Of a stretch of DNA of 64,000 bases, positions 52,115 to 64,000 are shown piece by piece (positions within the stretch are counted from its first letter, which is position 1; every line of letters begins with the position of its first letter). Position numbers and translations under genes: made by a program. The stretch is from Octopus sinensis (lineage: Eukaryota). The notes below the pieces were generated by a model. The model did not search any database. It had not been told where the DNA came from and was given only the letters and a program-made list of their open reading frames with translations. The stretch spans positions 8,680,001-8,744,000 of the forward strand of contig NC_043008.1 of assembly GCF_006345805.1 (NCBI RefSeq), in the 5' to 3' direction.

Positions 52115-52150
<36 letters not shown>

Positions 52151-53279
52151 CTTTTCCTAAAGAAAGAAATATTAAACAACATTCTCCAAAGTCTAGCTAT
52201 CATAAAAAGATGAAGGCAAGCAGGACGTACGATTAATCAGTCTAAAGAAAAATATATAACAACGTCGAATCGTATGTTTTACACAATTCTGCTCTTCATA
52301 AAAATCTATTCTCTTTTATTCTTAAACACCATATTGAAATGATTTTTTTTTCTTTTATAACGATGAATGTTTTTTCATGATACGATAACTTTTACGTGAA
52401 CAGACTAATGCGCCTATCAAATAGCCCGATGAACAGAAGGTAAATTACCATTCCCTCCTGACATTTTATGTAAAGATAGATTTTCTTTTGCTTTCTAAAT
52501 TCTTAGTATGAAACCATTTTTCTTTCCCTTTTAATCTAAAAAGAAGACTATTGCATCATCATTAGCTCTGCTTGTTCCCTCTTTTTAGTAACCAGGGGAA
52601 ACAGCCAGTAGACGAATATCACGGAAGGTTAGATGTTCGATTTTACTTTCGCTTTCTAATTTAATACATGCTTTTCTTTTTTTTTACTTTATTTTCCTGT
52701 CTGTAGGGAAGATTCTACATAGCAGAGTTGAAGTTAGTCACCAATCAAATTTTAGTTTCTCATTGACATACAAGAAACGCAAAGATACTTGAAAACTTAA
52801 TTTCGCTTTTAACCTCCGCCTCCTTAAATGGTAAATGTCAATTCTGCCTACATCTTTGCATTCAGAGATGAATTATGAAGAAAAATAGCAAGCATTAAAC
52901 ATCATCGCTTTATTGAAACATTCAATAACATAACAAATAAGAGAAAATTCTTTAATCAAGTATACATTATATGATATTATATACCTACGCACAAGTAGGT
53001 ATATAATACATAAACTCTTATATTTTCATACTCCAATTCTATTACAATTTCTAAAACTGATAATGGAACTATAAAAAATTTCAACAATATACCTTAGATT
53101 TTTTGTATATTAATACAAGTTTCGTTATGGAGGGAGATAAATATCTAAGTATATTATAACAACGTATGAAACTAAACAGTTTTGTAAGGAAGGAATATTG
53201 CACATGCGCTTTGCAACACTTCCGAGACCAGTGAGATTGTACCACTAATGTTCTGTTGAAACAACACCTGCAGGAAAGA

Positions 53280-53690
53280 CATGATTAAGGGAAAGATTTT
53301 AAATGGCTAATACATGGAAAGAAAAGCTCGAGCATATTGATAAGGGGACCGAAGAAGCTGAATACACGAAGTGTAGAATTTTGGGATAGACAAGAATGTC
53401 TGTGCAGAGGGGATACAATGACAATCGGCTCACAGAGACAGAAGCCATGATAGTAACAATAGAAAACCCAGAGAGCAGATACAAAACATCTGTGAAATGA
53501 AGGTTTTGAAGGTGTCTGATAGTACCTGAATTCCAATCCATCGAGTGGTCTTACTCTGGGTGCAGTCCGTCTATGACCTGTGCATGCGAACATAATTTCA
53601 TTACAGGTCTGGCTTTTAAGAGAATAAAAGTATTTCGGATGCTGTCCTAGATATGTCAAAGTCTGATTTTTTCCCGGAGAGATTCTCGGT
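53280..53690 (+). mobile_element. Decayed R4-type LINE fragment (pre-zinc-knuckle region)
   Basis: WKEKLEH...RLTETEAMIVTIEN...SIE..YSGC...EHNFI matches WKEK.LHG...LK.ETEA.I.AAQ...E...H..SGC...RHN. Confidence 0.55.
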
Positions 53691-53743
53691 TATAATGAGG
53701 AGAAATATTTTGTGCGACTTTGGCAGCGAAATTTAATGTGTAA

Positions 53744-54158
53744 GGCGACGAGCTGGCAGAAACGCTAGCACGCCGGACGAAATGCTTAGCGGTATTTCGT
53801 CAGCCGTTACGTTCTGAGTTCAAATTTCGCCGAGGTCGACTTTGCCTTTTGTTCTCTTGGGGTCGATAAATTAAGTACCAGTTACGCACTAGGGTCGATG
53901 TAATCGATTTAATCCGGTTGTCTGTCCTTATTTGTCCTCTCTGTGTTTAGCCCCTTGCGGGTAGTAAAGAAATAGGTATTCCGTCTGTCGCTACGTTCTG
54001 AGTTCAAATTCCGCCGAGGTCGACTTTGCCTTTCATCCTCTCGTGGTCGATTAAATAAGTACCAGTTACGCGCTGGGGTCAATATAATCTACTTAATCCG
54101 TTTGTCTGACCTTGTTTGTCCCCCCTGGGTGTAGCCCCTTGTGGGCAGTAAAGAAATA
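53744..54158 (+). mobile_element. SINE family B dimer
   Basis: Junction gtagtaaagaaatag|gtattccgtc at 53975/53976. Confidence 0.9.
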
Positions 54159-54469
54159 AGAAACGTGTGGCACGAACTCCGTACGTAAAATACAAGAAAA
54201 CAGCAAACTGCTAATCTAGTGAAATGTTTTTTTTTCCGTTTTATGGTCTGTTAAACCACATCTGTTTGCGATGGCCATTCGCCCACACGTTTTTCAACAT
54301 TTGAAATGGAAGATGTTCAAACATTTCAATCGCTTCTAGTTAATTAGTCAGATAAATGCGGAATTATTTACAAACAAACCATGTGCATCTTTAGGCTACG
54401 TGCTCAACTATAATTTTGCTGTTTAATGTGAATACATTTGTTTATTACTTAAGCTCTATGTCGTTTATT

Positions 54470-54831
54470 TAGCTCTATGTCGGAGGGCAGAAGAAGCGCT
54501 TCAAGAACAGTCTCAAAGTCTCTCTCAAAGACTTCTCCATCGGCACAGAGACTTGGGAGACACTTGCTACCGACCGCTCATCCTGGCGCAGCGCAATCAC
54601 CACAGGAGCAAAGACGGCCGAGGAGAGACGGATTCAGTCAGCAAAACAGAAACGCCAGATGCGGAAAGCCAGAGCCACCTGCACCAATAGCACAGCCCCT
54701 ACCCACTTCTGCTCCACCTGTGGGAGAGGCTTTCTTGCCCGGATTGGCCTCACCAGCCACCCCCGGTCTCATAGCAGCAATTCCACCAAATGATGTCAAT
54801 GGTCATCTTCGAACCCGAAGGACGGACATTA
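54470..54831 (+). mobile_element. 5'-truncated RTE-BovB-type LINE 3' end with C2H2 finger and 12-bp TSD
   Basis: Open frame 54479-54793: GGQKKRFKNSLKVSLKDFSI...WETLATDRSSWRSAI...CSTCGRGFLARIGLTSHPRSH*. TSD atgtcgtttatt at 54458-54469 and 54832-54843. Confidence 0.88.
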
Positions 54832-55539
54832 ATGTCGTTTATTATGTTCTTTAGTGTAAAGAGCGACTTTTCAATTGATTCTTGCAGCAAACTCTCAATG
54901 TTGTCAACGTATAATTTAAACACATTCGGGTTGACTGTGGGGAAAATTAGTTCTCTGGTCCGTAGACTATGACAAGGGGCTTGATGACAACGGAGAGATT
55001 TCAGCATCTCGCTAGATAAAACCAGCTTAGAACTAGTGTGTATTATTACCACACCGATTTGATATCGATACTGCGTATATCTTCATAGATACAAATAAGA
55101 GAAACGGACTCAGAGGCAATGGAATGAACAAAATGTAGGAGATGCTAATGAGACAGCGTTCTTGACCGGCAGCGATGAGTAATTGCAAGGAACTGTTGAT
55201 GTTGTAAAAGAGCAAAATTACAGAGAAAAAAAAATCTAAATATTATAGGTGAAACGACAAAGACAATTGTTATTAAGAATCAGAACGAAAGGAAGTAAAT
55301 ATGAAGGTAGATTGAGAAGGGAAGTTAGATGAGCAGAAGAAAAATGAAAATGATTAATGAAAAGACAATTAATAAACTAGAAGGTCGCTGTGTAGAAGTT
55401 TGCTCAAAGAATAAATAAAGCTAAAACAACACTTATAAAAACGGAAAAGATATTCATTTTAAAGGACATAATTCTACGCATCTAAAATTGGGGTTAGTAA
55501 ACTTATATTAGGCAAGTTTTTTTCTAAACGAGTAGACAT

Positions 55540-55910
55540 TTGGACAACATACACACGTATGAAGAAAAGGATGATTATAGTGGATCTGACATAGATTGGG
55601 CAGGTGAGCTGAAGTGATAAGGTAATAACAAATGCTGCAGTAATAGAAAAGCTGGAAGTCCATCGACACCTACTGTGGAAAATGAAGTCCACAAAGCTAT
55701 CAAAATTTTGACATACATTTCACCACGCGACACTGCTGAAGGCCATCGTAACTTAAAGCGGCGAGCGGAAGAAAGCATGAGACTGTCAAAGACATTTGTG
55801 GACAGACGACATTAAAGAATGGACTGGAAACGAGAGCTTAGATGACTGCATGCCTGGGCTCTACAAAAGTGGCACTGAAGTGTCTTGGGAAGCCAACTTC
55901 TGAAAATAGA
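55540..55910 (+). mobile_element. Decayed RTE-type LINE 3' end
   Basis: SDKV.TNAAVIEKL...LLWKMKSTKL..F.H.HH.TLLKAI...WTDDIKEWTG matches the RTE C-terminal W.DKVTN.EVL...KL.YFGH...W.DDIKEWTG. Confidence 0.7.
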
Positions 55911-56492
55911 GCGGGTACCTGGCTGATGGTTTAAGTTGCATAAAATGTATATTTTTTTAACAGAATTTTGCAGAGTTCCGTTTACGAAATTGTTTGTTAC
56001 GATCATGCCGATAGAACTTCTAGAAAAATTCGGCTAGGCATCGATTGTCCAAGGTCCAATTTGGATCTTCATAACCCTTTTTTAAAACTAATAATTTCGA
56101 ATTAAATTTTTACAGAGTTAAGTTTGTAGCGGCTACTTGAAGGTTCCAACAGAAACTTGTTCTTAAATTTTATGAAACTAATTATAATCTACATCCTGAA
56201 AACGTTACGATGAAAGCCTTATCGGTAAGTGGTGGCACCAAAGTATAGTTATGGCAACAAGCTATGGAAACAATACATCAGAATGATCGATGTTACTATA
56301 CTCGGGAAATTAGTCTGTCTTTACGCTGAAAAACATATGTTTTAAAGAAATCTTCCTCTAATTAACATAACTATTAACTGCCCCATAAGGACGCTTAGAA
56401 TATTTTCAATCCGCACCAGTCCCGCTTGATTGACACCGTTCCAATTGAATTATGGAACATATATCGAGTAAATTAGTGACAAAAATACAATA

Positions 56493-56890
56493 GCAGTGGC
56501 TGTGTGGTAAGTAGCTTGCTTACGAATCACATGGCTCTGGGTTCAGTCCCACTGCGTGGCACCTTGGGTAAGTGTCTTCTACTAAAGCCTTGGGCCGACC
56601 AAAGCCTTGTGAGTTGATTTGGTAGAAGGAAACTGAAAGAAGCCTGCCGTATATATGTATATATGTATGCCTGTGTATGTGTTTGTGTGTGTGTGTTTGT
56701 CCCCCGGCATTGCTTGACAACCGATGCTGGTGTGTTTACGTCCCTGTAACTTAGCGGTTCGGCAAAAGAGAACGATAGAATAAGTACTAGGCTCACAAAG
56801 AATAAGTCATGGGGTCGCTTTGCTCGACTAAAGGCGGTGCTCCATCATGGCCGCAGTCAAATGACTGAAACAAGTAGAAGAGTAAAAGAG
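56493..56890 (+). mobile_element. SINE family A
   Basis: Collinear with the other copies. Confidence 0.9.
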
Positions 56891-58017
56891 TAATAGAGAG
56901 TATGTTACTCAACCATTCAAATCTGAACAATAAGGCTAAGAAAATGTTTAATAACTAGAATTCAAGTATAACACTAATACAGGGAATAGTCACTAATAAC
57001 AACTAACCGATAAAAGGGGATAACGGACTGCAATGTGTTCCAATGCAGGGATTAGTTATAACCAATATATTTTATTTTGCTTTTCACTCCCTGAGAATGT
57101 GATGCATTTTTTGATGATGGAGAATGCACATTCAAACTTAATGTGCCCAGAGATTATTAAGTGATAATAATTTACTTGTTGTGATCGGTTGAAGTTTCCT
57201 TTATAAGGACTGAAGTATATAGATATCAGCATCGACAATCGCAACGCATATGACGTAAACGTATTTGCATGTTTGGCAGCTTCCTGTTATAGAACAGAGA
57301 AGGAGGACTGTTACTGACCAAAAATATTGCAGACATTCAGATAATTTCCCAGATGTACGATTCCAGCCTAATTGATTTATCTTTCTCTGGTAAATTGGTT
57401 TTGCTTCTGCCTGTCGCTATCATAAACATTTGAGACAGACTGAAAGATTTCAATTTGTAAACTTTTATGCTCCTCTTTCTTATATATTTTTGTATATTTT
57501 CCTTATTTTTATATAACAGTTATTTTCATGATGTATGTTTACTTTCGTATGATATAACTTCGCTTCTTTTTATAGATTAAAATTACAATGTCCTTTTTTA
57601 CGAGGTTGCACTTCTGACTGGAATTTATAATTCTTTAAAATAAGAGTTTGAAGGGTGAAGAGTATTTATGAGAATGACTGAAATTCGAGAACGTTTATTT
57701 ATTTATTTACTTATTTGTGAAGGCGAAGAAACATTTGGGAGAATAGGAGAGTCGATTACAATTCAAGCTAAAGAATATATAAGCAATTACATCTCTTTGA
57801 ATACTTTGGGTGAATGAGTTTCGCTTTTGAATTGCAAGCACGACACATTTGAGCCGGGGCATATATGTTAAAATGTTACACACATCATTTAAAATATAAT
57901 CTTTAATTACTAAGCAATGCGTCTTCCAATGTAGCATAGCGATTATATTTGAGTCAATTTGAGTTTTTAATGAGATGCGTGTTAAATACGTCACTCTGTT
58001 ACTGGGCTAAATGTTAA

Positions 58018-58360
58018 TACGGGACCCCCTTCGGTCACGACACTGACCATGGGATTGCACCTAGAAAGTTACCCTCCTAGTCACAAGTCTGGGCATGGTT
58101 TCTTATGGAAGACCAGCAGTCGCCCATGCATACAGGCCTCCCCTATCCACGCCACCAGTGTTATCCAAGGGAAAGGCAAAGGGGCCGATACAGCTTGGCA
58201 CCAGTGACGTCGCAACTCATTTCTACAGCTGAGTGAACTGGAGCAACGTGAAATAAAGTGTCTTGCTCAAGAGCACAACACGCAGCCCGGTCCGGGATTC
58301 GAGCTCACAACCTCACGATCGTAAGCTCGACGCTCTAACCACTGAGACATGCGCCTTCAC
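58018..58360 (-). mobile_element. tRNA-derived SINE related to family C, with a different 3' tail
   Basis: Minus strand gtgaaggcgcatgtctcagtggttagagcg...gagctcgaatcccgg...gtgctcttgagcaagacactttatttcacgttgctccagttcactcagctg. Confidence 0.85.
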
Positions 58361-58986
58361 ATAGCCATAATTTGAGTTCCCTTTTTCGTGTTTGCATTGC
58401 CAAACACACACACACACACACATACACACACACACGCACACACACACACACCACACACACACACTCATATATTGTTTACAACATGTTAATCTGCTCTATA
58501 TGACTTTAAGTTTCGAAGACCTCTAATATATGTTCTTCCCTTTCAAGCTTCCGATTATCGAATGGAGAGCTGCACAAATTTCACGATCGGTACCGGAAGA
58601 TAGACTGCTATTGGTCAAGATCGCTCACATAGTATGGTCAAGGTTTATTAGATGTTTAGCCACAGTGATTCGTTTAGGAAGGGGAATTTCTTTCACTGCG
58701 TAGCTTGGTATATGTATATATGTATGTGTGTGTGGGTGTAATGATGACGGTCGCTTGTGTCAATTTAAAAGCAAAACGGAAAAAGCTTCACCATCACTAA
58801 AAGTGACTGAGGGTGCGCGGTAGCACCAGCATTGCTACAAACGATACATTGTTCTATGTACAGACAAAGGAGGCAACCTTCAAACAGCAAGCGAGGGATT
58901 CGGGTCGGCACGCAAATTCGCATGAGATTAATACTCATCGACATGGCTAATGTATTGCTGGCGGTGAAGCTAAATTCCACTCGTCA

Positions 58987-59066
<80 letters not shown>

Positions 59067-59085
59067 TATATATATAATATATATA

Positions 59086-59154
<69 letters not shown>

Positions 59155-59395
59155 GTATGTACGAGTGAATGAGCAAACGAAAGAAGGGCCCTCAATAAAT
59201 TTACTGGGCGTTATATGTATGGATAAGACAGTTTGATTCAAATTCGTTGGTACTTTGAGTTTCAAGTGTGATGCTAATCGTCAGCCATTTTGAATTTGAA
59301 TGACAGAAGTTATTGCAGTAATTTGGGCTGTGATTGTTCGGTGAAGATCAGGCGGTGTCGTGATTTGATGTATATGGACGCGCACACGCATGTCT

Positions 59396-59443
<48 letters not shown>

Positions 59444-60504
59444 GTGTGTGTGTGTATGTGTGTATATATGTGTGTATGCGTGTGTGTGTATGTGCATATG
59501 ATCAGTTACATTCACCGGATTTTAATCCTGCGAACTGGTGTCGCTGAGCAACTTATATTCCTTGGCAACACCACGTGATCCGCTTCGTCGACTAATAACA
59601 CATTATCTCCCTGTAGCCATCTTGGACCTTCTTTATCTCTCCGTTGGGTAATCGAAAGCCTGAAACGGACGGACTTCTGTTAGACGACTGAGAAACTTCC
59701 TGTCTATTGACAAAACAACGTCAGCACATGTATACGAAGAGCTGTGCTTTTCAAAGGTGCCAAACAGTAGAATTGAACTGGAAACTATGTATGCGCGAAG
59801 CAAAGACAATAACCACGTCACTCATTTAGAGTATCATTTGAATCAAATATATATTGTTAATAAAAGCATGCGTGGGTTTTCAAACCGACTTTACATGTGT
59901 GTATATGTATTTAAATGTGTAGGTACATGCCTCTGTTTCTGCCCATATGTATGGAGGATGTATGCGTATACACGCAAATATTCATATATACGTTATTACA
60001 CACAAACATAAATTTATCTTGTAAGCAAATGCAAAATGGAAAATCTATTTTCCTATATTAACAATACATAATTGAAAAGAGGCATTACACAAGATAATTG
60101 CAAAGAGAAACTCATAGTAGCATTATTTTCAAGAGATTTAATAGGGAAAGTAATTTTAAAATGTCAAAATTAGTTTAACAATAATATATATATATAAACA
60201 TATGCACATATATACACACATATATATATATAAATATCAGAGTATATATATATATATGTGTGTGGGGGGGTGTAATATATATATATATATGTGTATATAT
60301 ATATATATATATACATACATACATACATACATACATACATACATACGATGATATAAATATATGTAAACAATATGTAAACGATATGTGTTTATATATATAT
60401 ATATATATATGATTGTTCATGCGTGTATCTTTGTGTGTGATTATTTGTGTGTATGTGTGTGTGTGTGTGTGTTTATGAGAGTATGTATATCGGAAATACA
60501 CTTT

Positions 60505-60660
60505 GAACAATATATATATATATTGTTGAAACTTAGAGAAAAACAAAAACGAAGACATGTGTATGAACAACAAGCAGGTATATTAGCTTGACGGTCGGGC
60601 AAGTGAGAAAGCGTTTCATGCTTCGAGCCTACGCGCTTCGTCAGAAATGAATAAGAATAA
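60505..60660 (-). mobile_element. Solo Penelope pseudo-LTR-like fragment related to 1100-1235, with a degenerate hammerhead
   Basis: Minus strand CTGACGA-a-gcgc(gtag)gctc-GAAG..., then cc.g.cc.tcaagctaata.acctgcttgttg...tcttcgtttttg, paralleling 1140-1230. Confidence 0.6.
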
Positions 60661-60662
60661 AT

Positions 60663-60724
<62 letters not shown>

Positions 60725-60762
60725 GGATTTAGCCATTAAGCATGGCGAATATACTTATATAT

Positions 60763-60792
<30 letters not shown>

Positions 60793-60793
<1 letters not shown>

Positions 60794-60935
60794 CGACGAG
60801 ATACTTTGAGTTTCCATCTACCAAATCCACTCACAAAGCTTTGTTAGGCCCGAAGCTAAACTAGAAGACAGACATCTGTCCAAGTTGCCACAAATTTGAC
60901 TGAAAATGAAAGTATGCGACAAGGAAACAAACTTC
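60793..60935 (-). mobile_element. Decayed SINE family A head
   Basis: tttccatctaccaaatccactcacaaagcttt...ggcccgaagcta..tagaagaca. Confidence 0.65.
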
Positions 60936-62242
60936 TTGTAAAGGCGCCGTTTTATCTCACTGAGCATATTAGGCAGCTCCTGTTAGAGACTTTCCTTTAC
61001 GAACAATCTCTCCAAGAGGGAGAGAGAAAAAGAAAGGGAAAGAGGAGTGGTAGGAGGGAGAGGAACAAAGTATGGGAGGGGAAGGGAAAAAAATAAGAAA
61101 TATAAGTACAAGCATGGTTCCTGTATTTAGTGTGGTTCTGTTACCACCAGCTAGGAGATTACGTTTACTAAGCAAGAAGAATATCTTTTAGACTTGGAAA
61201 CCTTAATTTCTGCCTGGAAATTCTTAGAGAGTCTTTCAGTAAATACGACTGCGTATTTTTAAACACATTACGGAATGAGCAAATGTTGATCCTTAAGTAT
61301 ATTTACTGTTAGGTTTATGCATATTGCATAAAATAAATCTAGAATATTTGCATTTTCAATTTTGCAAGGAAGAAATCAATTATTTCTCCAAATTAGCATT
61401 GTTAAATGACTTTTATTACGTTTGCATTTCTCTACTAAAACAGGAATACTTGCGGTAATTTCAAAGAATTTATTTCAATTTAAGTTCATTATCATTTTGT
61501 TATCGTAGATGATTATTATCAATAAAATAAGATAAAATAGGATATTCTACGTATATCGTATAAAAGCAGGCTTAATTAATAATATTGAATTAAAGCTAAT
61601 GTATTCCTCTAAGGAAGCGAAATCTACCGCTACTTCGTTTATGACGGAACCCGATACTGTCCTAATCCACCAGAAACAATAACTGTCCAAGATAATCTAT
61701 AAAGCTTAAAACTGGACTTTATTCTTTCCTGAACAGCAAACAAAAATTCTGTAAGCTTCCAGAAATCTTTGAATGGATTTAATCCACAGTAAATAGAAAT
61801 ATCCGACAACCTGACATATATCATCTCACGAATTGTTTCAAGAGTTTCCGTATATGTGACATTAGTATTTTATATCAGATGTTCCTACATTTAACAATAT
61901 CACGGATGTAAAAGTGCTGACCCTTTCGAATTATTATGATTAAACTGTTGCTTTGGAAACAAAACACACTTACAACAATACTATCAAAGACATGTCATTC
62001 TAATGAAAGGTGTTGCACTCGAAAGGGATCTTGTGAAAGTGAGATTTTTGTCTGAGACTGTTACAAGATTGAATTACCTATAACTCGACAGAAATGTCAA
62101 AAATATTAAATTTTTCTTTACAACCTAAAGCAAAGCTTATGCTGTGTTTTATTTTGAGGAGTTCTTCAATAAGTAAATATTTTTTGCGTAAACTAGCGTT
62201 GCAAATAGAAATGGCATGAAAGAAATTGTAACATATAAAGAC

Positions 62243-62387
62243 GTTCCATCTACCAAATTCACTCACATGGCTTTGGTCGGACCGTGTCTATATTAGAATA
62301 TACCTGCCCAAGGTGCCACGCAGTGGGACTGAACCTGGAACTATGTGTCTGGGAAGCAATCTTCTTACCACACAGCTACGCTTGTAC
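62243..62387 (-). mobile_element. SINE family A 5' half
   Basis: ttccatctaccaaattcactcacatggctttggtcgg...gcccaaggtgccacgcagtgggactgaacc...cttaccacacagc. Confidence 0.8.
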
Positions 62388-63236
62388 CTATCTTGAAAAT
62401 ATTTTTTTTTTACTTTGTGACTCATGTTATGTTGAAACCAATGCAGTTGGGAATAACTCAACCGATCTGCCACAAAAACGAAGTCCAACATCTCTGTATA
62501 TATGAATATTCGTATGTATGTTTGCATGCATTTATGCATATATATCTATGTATGTATGTTTGTATCGTACAATGATGCTAGAGGTGCATTGTCATCATTC
62601 TCATATACACTGAGTAATATAGCCACACAAGCCGAAGAAAGCTCTAGAATTGGAGACAAGTTACAATTTATTTTGAATTCTTCAGCAGTTCTCAGTAAAA
62701 TAATGCTTCTTCGTAGGCATTCGACCTTTCTACATGGAATTAATAGTCTATATAATGTTATATATTGAACTTCTATCTCAGGCACTCAAGAACGAAGTCA
62801 CACATAGGAACATACATGCACACGTAGGAACATACATGTGCAGATACAGAAATATACATATACACTCATACACAGACATACACTCACATATAGATAGTTA
62901 GATAGTCATTAATTCGAAGTAAAAATGAAGGTCCATCACGTATTCTACTAATCATAATTGAGAAGGGCCTCTGTTACACGATTTCACGCGGTGAAAAACG
63001 GTAGGAAGGAACTGTGAGTAGTGACAGAGGTAGGAGAATAATTTTTTCCTGATTGAATTACTCGTACAAACTAATTTTATCTCGTTTATTTAAATGCATG
63101 CATAAAAAAGTGTTTCCGCGCACACATGGGAATATAAATATTGGCAAAAATATTCATACATGCAAACAGACAAAAACATACTCACACACAAACACATATG
63201 TCTATATATTTATGTGTGTGTGACATGTATATATGC

Positions 63237-63269
<33 letters not shown>

Positions 63270-63327
63270 TCAGTTATAAAAAAGAAATTTGAAAACGACA
63301 CTATATAAGATAAATTTTAATTTTTTA

Positions 63328-63433
63328 GAGATTTTACATGTTTCGGTTCTTCTCGAAAAAATGAAACTTAACTTTCTAAACAAATTTTGATAAGGTTCAT
63401 TTTTTCAAGAAGAACCGAAACATGTAAAATCTC
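63328..63433. repeat. 106-nt inverted repeat (43-bp arms, 20-nt loop)
   Basis: gagattttacatgtttcggttcttctcgaaaaaatgaaactta and taaggttcattttttcaagaagaaccgaaacatgtaaaatctc differ at 2 positions. Confidence 0.9.
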
Positions 63434-64000
63434 GAAGAAAATTATATATATATATTATTCATATTATTGTGTGTGTGCGTGTGTGTATGTATGCGTGCAT
63501 GTATGGTGTATTTATAAAATAATTTATGTATTTAACACGTTCTTATCGGTAATAGTACATATTGGACCACAGTCATATATATATATATATATATATATTC
63601 CTGCCAAAACCTTGTCTCCCTATACAGCTTACATACTGATTATAACAAAATGGGATGCGGATAATAGCCTCAACTATTTCTACGTGTCCACCTCAGTGTT
63701 GAATTCTTCCTACTTCTAAAACTCTCCTATGTTTAATATTACTTGTACATTCTCTCCTATCTAATAATGATTTGTCTTTCATTGAAATGTTACCATAAAA
63801 CGTAGGTCTAATCAGAATAATAAAACAATTTGTGGCTAAAATTTCCGTGACTAGAAACGGTTCCATTAAATCTATTCATTCTGATATAATACCGTAAGAA
63901 GACTTCAATTGAGATATCGACACACGCATTATGTAATAATACATTACGATACCAGCGAGGATTCGAAAATATATTCTAAAGAGTTATTCTGCTATAAACC

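Noticed and set aside
54845-55052. Minus-strand ORF (...PNVFKLYVDNIESLLQES...) and overlapping plus-strand ORF
   Set aside because: No assignable domain. The apparent lengths are inflated by read-through into the RTE insertion.
38989-58360. tRNA-like A/B-box sequences (38989, 42503, 58290-58360 and family A/B heads) as tRNA genes
   Set aside because: They lack a complete cloverleaf and continue into SINE bodies, so they are SINE heads.

Overview
AT-rich, microsatellite-dense eukaryotic DNA. The SINE families, repeat density and composition point to a coleoid cephalopod, most likely Octopus (inference from recalled repeat sequences, not a search). No host protein-coding gene can be supported; the window reads as intergenic or intronic, and almost every listed ORF comes from microsatellite or low-complexity sequence. 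It is a transposon graveyard. Contents: the 3' end of a Penelope-like element (GIY-YIG); several R4/Dong-type RLE LINE remnants; RTE and RTE-BovB 3' ends; two mariner fragments; one near-complete decayed Tc1; weak Gypsy, hAT and Helentron remnants; and about 20 copies of three tRNA-derived SINE families. A 100-N gap (21546-21645) is flanked by a duplicated ~1 kb segment that looks like an assembly artefact. The most interesting signals are (i) minimal type I hammerhead-ribozyme motifs in three unrelated contexts, (ii) three long near-perfect hairpins, (iii) a structured 159-bp direct repeat, and (iv) elements that sit reproducibly inside (CATA)n or (AAT)n microsatellites. Coordinates of decayed elements are approximate.
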